A stretch of DNA of 64,000 nucleotides from Amphiscolops sp. MND2022 (Eukaryota), in assembly GCA_964187785.1 (NCBI GenBank), contig OZ076409.1:43836001-43900000 (forward strand), read 5' to 3'. The notes beneath the pieces were generated by a model. That model was not told the DNA's origin, did no database searches, and worked only from the letters and a program-made list of their open reading frames with translations. A program made the translations under genes and the position numbers. Of the stretch, positions 59,401 through 64,000 are shown one piece after another; the first letter of the stretch is position 1, and the number at the start of each line of letters is the position of its first letter.

Positions 59401-61700
59401 CAACAGATAAATTGAGCCTTAGTAAATTTTTATTCTTGTGAATAGGAGTATGAAATTTTTGTTATTTTCCGCTCATATTCCATATCCTCGACAGTGATTT
59501 TGTCCCCAAATGGGGACAGCGATTTTTTTGACAATCAATGAAATTTTACGCAACGCAAAAAAATTATAGGAAAAGGAAGTTTTGTTTTTCTAATCAACAA
59601 TCTAATGGACTACCTGGGGCGAGTTGTTCTTTGTGTCAGTATAGTTTGTTTTCCGAACCACCGGCAAAAAGGTAACTAGAAAAAAGTGAAATTTTGCGAA
59701 AAAATACTTTTCAGAAAATTAACTTTTTCTCAATAACATAGCAACTGTTTGCTAAGTTACTGTCGTTCTCTAGTAACACAGTTTGCCACCATTAAAACCG
59801 CATATAGAAGTTTTTTATTCGAAGCTTCAGCGAAAAGTTCGAGTATCACTTGAAAGGCCCGGTGGCGCTCTCACCCCAAAAGTGGCGCCAACTCCCAACC
59901 TAACTAGTGCCCATTTGAAAGCTTAGGTAAAGGGCTTTCAGGAGCAGAAAACCGATTTGAGCTGTCGCTATTTTTCGTGGAGAAATTAGGCCTTGAAAAA
60001 TTTTTTGCTATTTTTTGTCACTTTTTCAACTTCTCGGTGTACTTTCGAGGTTATGGGAAAGGAAAATATTCAAATCAAACGTTTTTTTACAAAATTTGCC
60101 ATGTTCCAAATTTATATTCAAATAAATAATATATTCACCCATAAAATTAAACTCACATAAATTTAGTTTCGTGCGATATGTATTCGTAGAGATTTCTGGA
60201 ATTTTTTGAGAATGACGAAAATGACCCCGTAATGACCCAAAATGACACCAAAAAGAAACAAAAATTTCAAATTTTCTCGTTATCTAATGTTTTTTGCAAG
60301 TTTTGTCAACTTTTCGTTACCCCTGGTGGAATAGAATGTTGAAAATGTTCAACAGGGCAAAATTCGCCGTCCAATGGTCTTTTATGAAGAAATAAAAACG
60401 GTTTTTTTGAGAGGAAAATAACCCACATTAACCCCAAAAATGAAAAAAACTTCAAAGTTTCTTGATTTTCAAAGTTTTTATAAAATGTTTCTGAACGTTT
60501 TGACAGAATTCGTGGATTGGAATGTTGAAAAAAGCTGACTTGAAAAGAGTTTGTTGTCCAGTAGGCTTAGTGAACAGATAAATGCTGTTTTTAGTCGGCG
60601 TTTTCGCAATCGGTCCCCTTCTTTGTTCATTTGTTCAACATCGTCAACATGAACTACGATTGTCCAAAATATACTCGAAACGCCAGAACCTCATCCAAAA
60701 CAAAAATATCGACGCCCAGAACCTCGAAAACACAGGATGCCCCTCCCCTTTGGTGTTTTTCACTCCGACTTTGGATTCCACCAAAAGGTCTCCCCTTCGT
60801 TTGTTTTGATATTTTGCTACACAATGGGTGTCAAAAATCCCGGAGGGTCCCCTTTTTTACATTTTTTGGCACCGTGACACTGTTCAAAAATCTCATTTTC
60901 AAAAGTTTCATCGGTACTTTTTTAAAATCTCCCAAGGGTCCCCCTTTAATCTTTTGCAACCTACTGGAGTTTGACAGAGTCAAAGGGTCCCCGCTTTTAC
61001 AAAATTGAGCTTTAGATATAGCGCCGACTTTGCCTGTTACCGACTTTGGCGCCGACTTTGGTTGTTACCGACTTTGGCGTTTTTTGAAAGTTTCCATTTT
61101 TTAACAATTCTATTACTTCTTGCCAGTTTTTCGATAGACTCAATGGATTAGAATGTTAAAACTGTTGAAAAATGGAAAAAAAGGTTGTTTCAGTGGGTTT
61201 TCGTCAAGAGATATATTTAGTTTGTTGGAGAAAATGCCTCGAATTAACGCAGAAAATTTCGCACAATTTCAAGTTCCGTTGTTTTTATTACAATTTCTGT
61301 ACAATTCCCTTTATAATTTATGAGTTGGAAGTTCCAAAGCGTTCAAATGCAAACGAACAATCTATGCAGTACCGTTTTTGAAGAGGAAATGTAGTGTTTT
61401 GCTTCAAAAATACTTCAGAATGACTCCAGATGAGTCGAAAATTTCAAAACTTTCACTATCTTCACAGTTTTCTGCAACGTATTAGTATTTTTTGAGAGTC
61501 AGAATGATCAAAACTTTCAACAACGACTGAACCCATAGTCCAGTAGGTTTTTTGGAATTACTTTCGAAACCTCGATCAGCAAATGTCTAGAAGTGACCGC
61601 TAAAAGTTGGAAATGTCAAAACTTTTGTCGTTTTCTGAAATTTCCAGTGATTTTTCAATCAAAATCAGGAACGTTTGGAACAAAAAAGTACCAGATGAGA
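56500..61700. repeat. Old AT-rich repeat family in both orientations, related to ~39600..41520
   Basis: Shared segment GTTGAATTCTTT..TGrAACCCTTTAA.TTGGA...TTGGAACAT at ~41392 and ~57971, inverted at ~60090-60160. Boundaries approximate. Confidence 0.5.
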
Positions 61701-63161
61701 TGATATATTCAAATTCGCAGAGTTGAGTTTTGAAAAAAGTCTGAAACAGTCACAAAGCCCCGAAACATTTCTGAACGGGTACTCTTGCTCGCTTCTACTT
61801 TTCCAACAAAAAAGTTTCTCGGTTGAGTGCGAGACTCGAACGCACATACCCTTGCTTCCAAGACCACGGACGATCCGCGTTAACCAATAGGTCATGTGGC
61901 AGTCAGAAGTTATTTGAAAAATTTATGTTTCGGCAAATCAGGTGTATGGAGTAAAATACAGGCGAAAAGCCACGACTTCATGAGGAGAAACGCGAACAGT
62001 TATTGTGATATGTTGGTGACTGGTATCCACATGCTTCAACAACAAAACAGTTAGCGTGTGCATGAACCTTTGGGGCACAATATTACTCCTGCTTTTAGGC
62101 TTTCATGTTCAAAAGTAGAAGGCTAGAAACTATAGAATCTGCAATAACTAGACACTCTTGTTAAATCATTCACTGTCGTACCAGTTTACACGGCCTTCAA
62201 ATCTCGGAGTAAAGAAACTATAACTACTTTTGAAAGCATGCGAGGCTCAGGTGAATGAAAAATCTATACTCGTTCTCTCCATATCATGAATCGACGTACG
62301 AATAATTAACACTCGTTCGGTTCATCTCAAGAACTTGATAAGGAAGCATAGTTACCGACACTCGCTCCTTCCATAGCAACAGAACTGCCGGAACGAATAT
62401 CTAAACTACTCATTTGGTACTCAGATCACTATAAGTAGTCGCCTGAAACACGTTGCCTCTTTCAGATTTCTAAATTGTTCCTGCTATTGCAGAGATAATA
62501 AATATCTAGGCTACACAGTTCAATATGATTGGTTAGGTTTTGGTATCACACAATTCAACAACAAAACAAAAAGGATTTCAAAGTGTTCTTGAAGTGTTGC
62601 CTTCTGAAATAGGATGACAAAAAACTTTTTTTATCAAAATTATTTGCAGTTTTTTTGTGCATTGGCATTTTTTCAGCCTCAAAATTTTGTCCTTGTAGAA
62701 CAGTTTGGGGCAGAAAACATCTGGGTGGTCAGCAGACGTCTTGTTATTATTTCACCTTATCAACTTCGAAAATTGAAATTTATTCTGCCTAAACTAACAC
62801 TGTTCTATTACTATTCGACGAAACAGCCCGATAAAGACACTAATTGAGACTGCTTGAACATTATACATGCTGCAGGCCTGCAAACAGGGTTATTTTCATG
62901 AAACATAGTAAACACATTGAGTATCCGGTAGTAAATTGTGTGGAATTACACTGCATTCTCCACTACTGCATTTATCCTTGAAAGTATTTCCCCCTTCTTT
63001 ACGTAGACAATCACGTTGAATTCACACATTGTTGTCTCGACTACTCATGCGTTTTAATCACCGCAGCTTGAAAGAAGTTGATCACAACAGTCAATTTTAA
63101 CGGTTCCTTCAGAGTATTAGAAATCATTGAAAACGTTGCTGGCAACTTTAAAGAACATTTA

Positions 63162-64000
63162 CAGTACAGTCATTAGAAGTCGAGGCAAGAGCTGAAAACA
63201 AAGTTAAGTGGGAAAAAATGTTTTAGGAACTGGAAACTTTACCAAGTCAAACTGAATGGTCAATTAAAGTAATAATACTTAATGCGTTATCCCCTGTTCT
63301 TGATAACTGCCTTGATGCGCTCGGGAATTGAATCAAATAATTGTTGGACAACTGCGTCAGGAATTGCATAAAATTCACGTCTGAGAGGTTGCCAAAGAAG
63401 ATTCATGTTTTCAAAGCTTTGACCTTCAACGCGGGTGCCCACCATCTTCCACAAGTTTTAATCAAGTTTTAGTCGAGAGGTAGTCTGGTCAATTATTCAG
63501 TATCATTATTCCATTGTTGTGAAGCAAATCCATCAAAGAGGGAGCTTTGTGGGGGGTAGCATTGTCTTGTAGTAACAAACAGTCGTGGTCCCATGTCGGA
63601 AGTAAATAATTGAGAAGCAGTTGCTGGTAACCTTCAGCATTGAGAGCACACGCTTGTCGGACGACCATTTTCCCAAACCCCCCACATTCCACACGATTAT
63701 TTTTTAAGTTGTCCTTTGCAACGTTTGACCAGATATAGAGGCACAAATCTCGTTTCAACAGGACTCTTGGTCGCCGCACAATTTGGCGACGTAGGCGAAC
63801 CATCTCAAAAGTAGATTCCTCAGTAAACACCTGGTCTCGCAGATGCTCAGTTGTAACAATCACGGACTCTTGTTTTCTGCATTTCAGCGGACCATCCTTC
63901 CCATTCAGTAGAAAAACCATAGTTACAAAAAGAGAACTGATAATTTGGGTCATTCATGTGTTGAAACTGCAGAATGATAAAAATAAGAGCATTTGTCAGA
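63162..64000 (-). mobile_element. Decayed Tc1/mariner-like transposon (continues past right edge)
   Basis: LLQDNATPHK motif and C-terminal LFDSIPERIKAVIKNRG; TA|CAGT terminus at 63162. Confidence 0.8.

Noticed and set aside
59501..59520. Short hairpin TGTCCCCA-AA-TGGGGACA
   Set aside because: Isolated; no Helitron CTRR end or other supporting context.

Overview
AT-rich eukaryotic DNA, probably an invertebrate animal (LHFPL-like tetraspan gene, RING gene, Tc1-like transposons). It is dominated by two integrated Maverick/Polinton (adintovirus-like) elements in the same orientation. Maverick A (<1..13163) runs off the left edge and is nearly intact: protein-primed PolB, double-jelly-roll MCP, integrase, packaging ATPase, penton, adenain-like protease and accessory genes. 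Maverick B (22526..39487) is complete, with ~235-bp TIRs and a perfect 6-bp TSD (GAAGTC), but is decayed. Best find: the PolB of Maverick B carries a ~348-codon LAGLIDADG-type intein inserted in polymerase motif C (YMD|SVTGDT...IVHN|TDSF), and the same element has three free-standing HNH endonuclease genes of giant-virus type. Both elements end in long fold-back hairpins whose stems co-vary. They share a closely related replication module joined to divergent structural modules, with a visible recombination scar. The rest of the window is host DNA with a 106-bp perfect palindrome, an LTR-like relic, SINE-like pieces, two Tc1/IS630-like elements, a MITE and two host genes. All assignments are by eye from motifs; no database searches were run.
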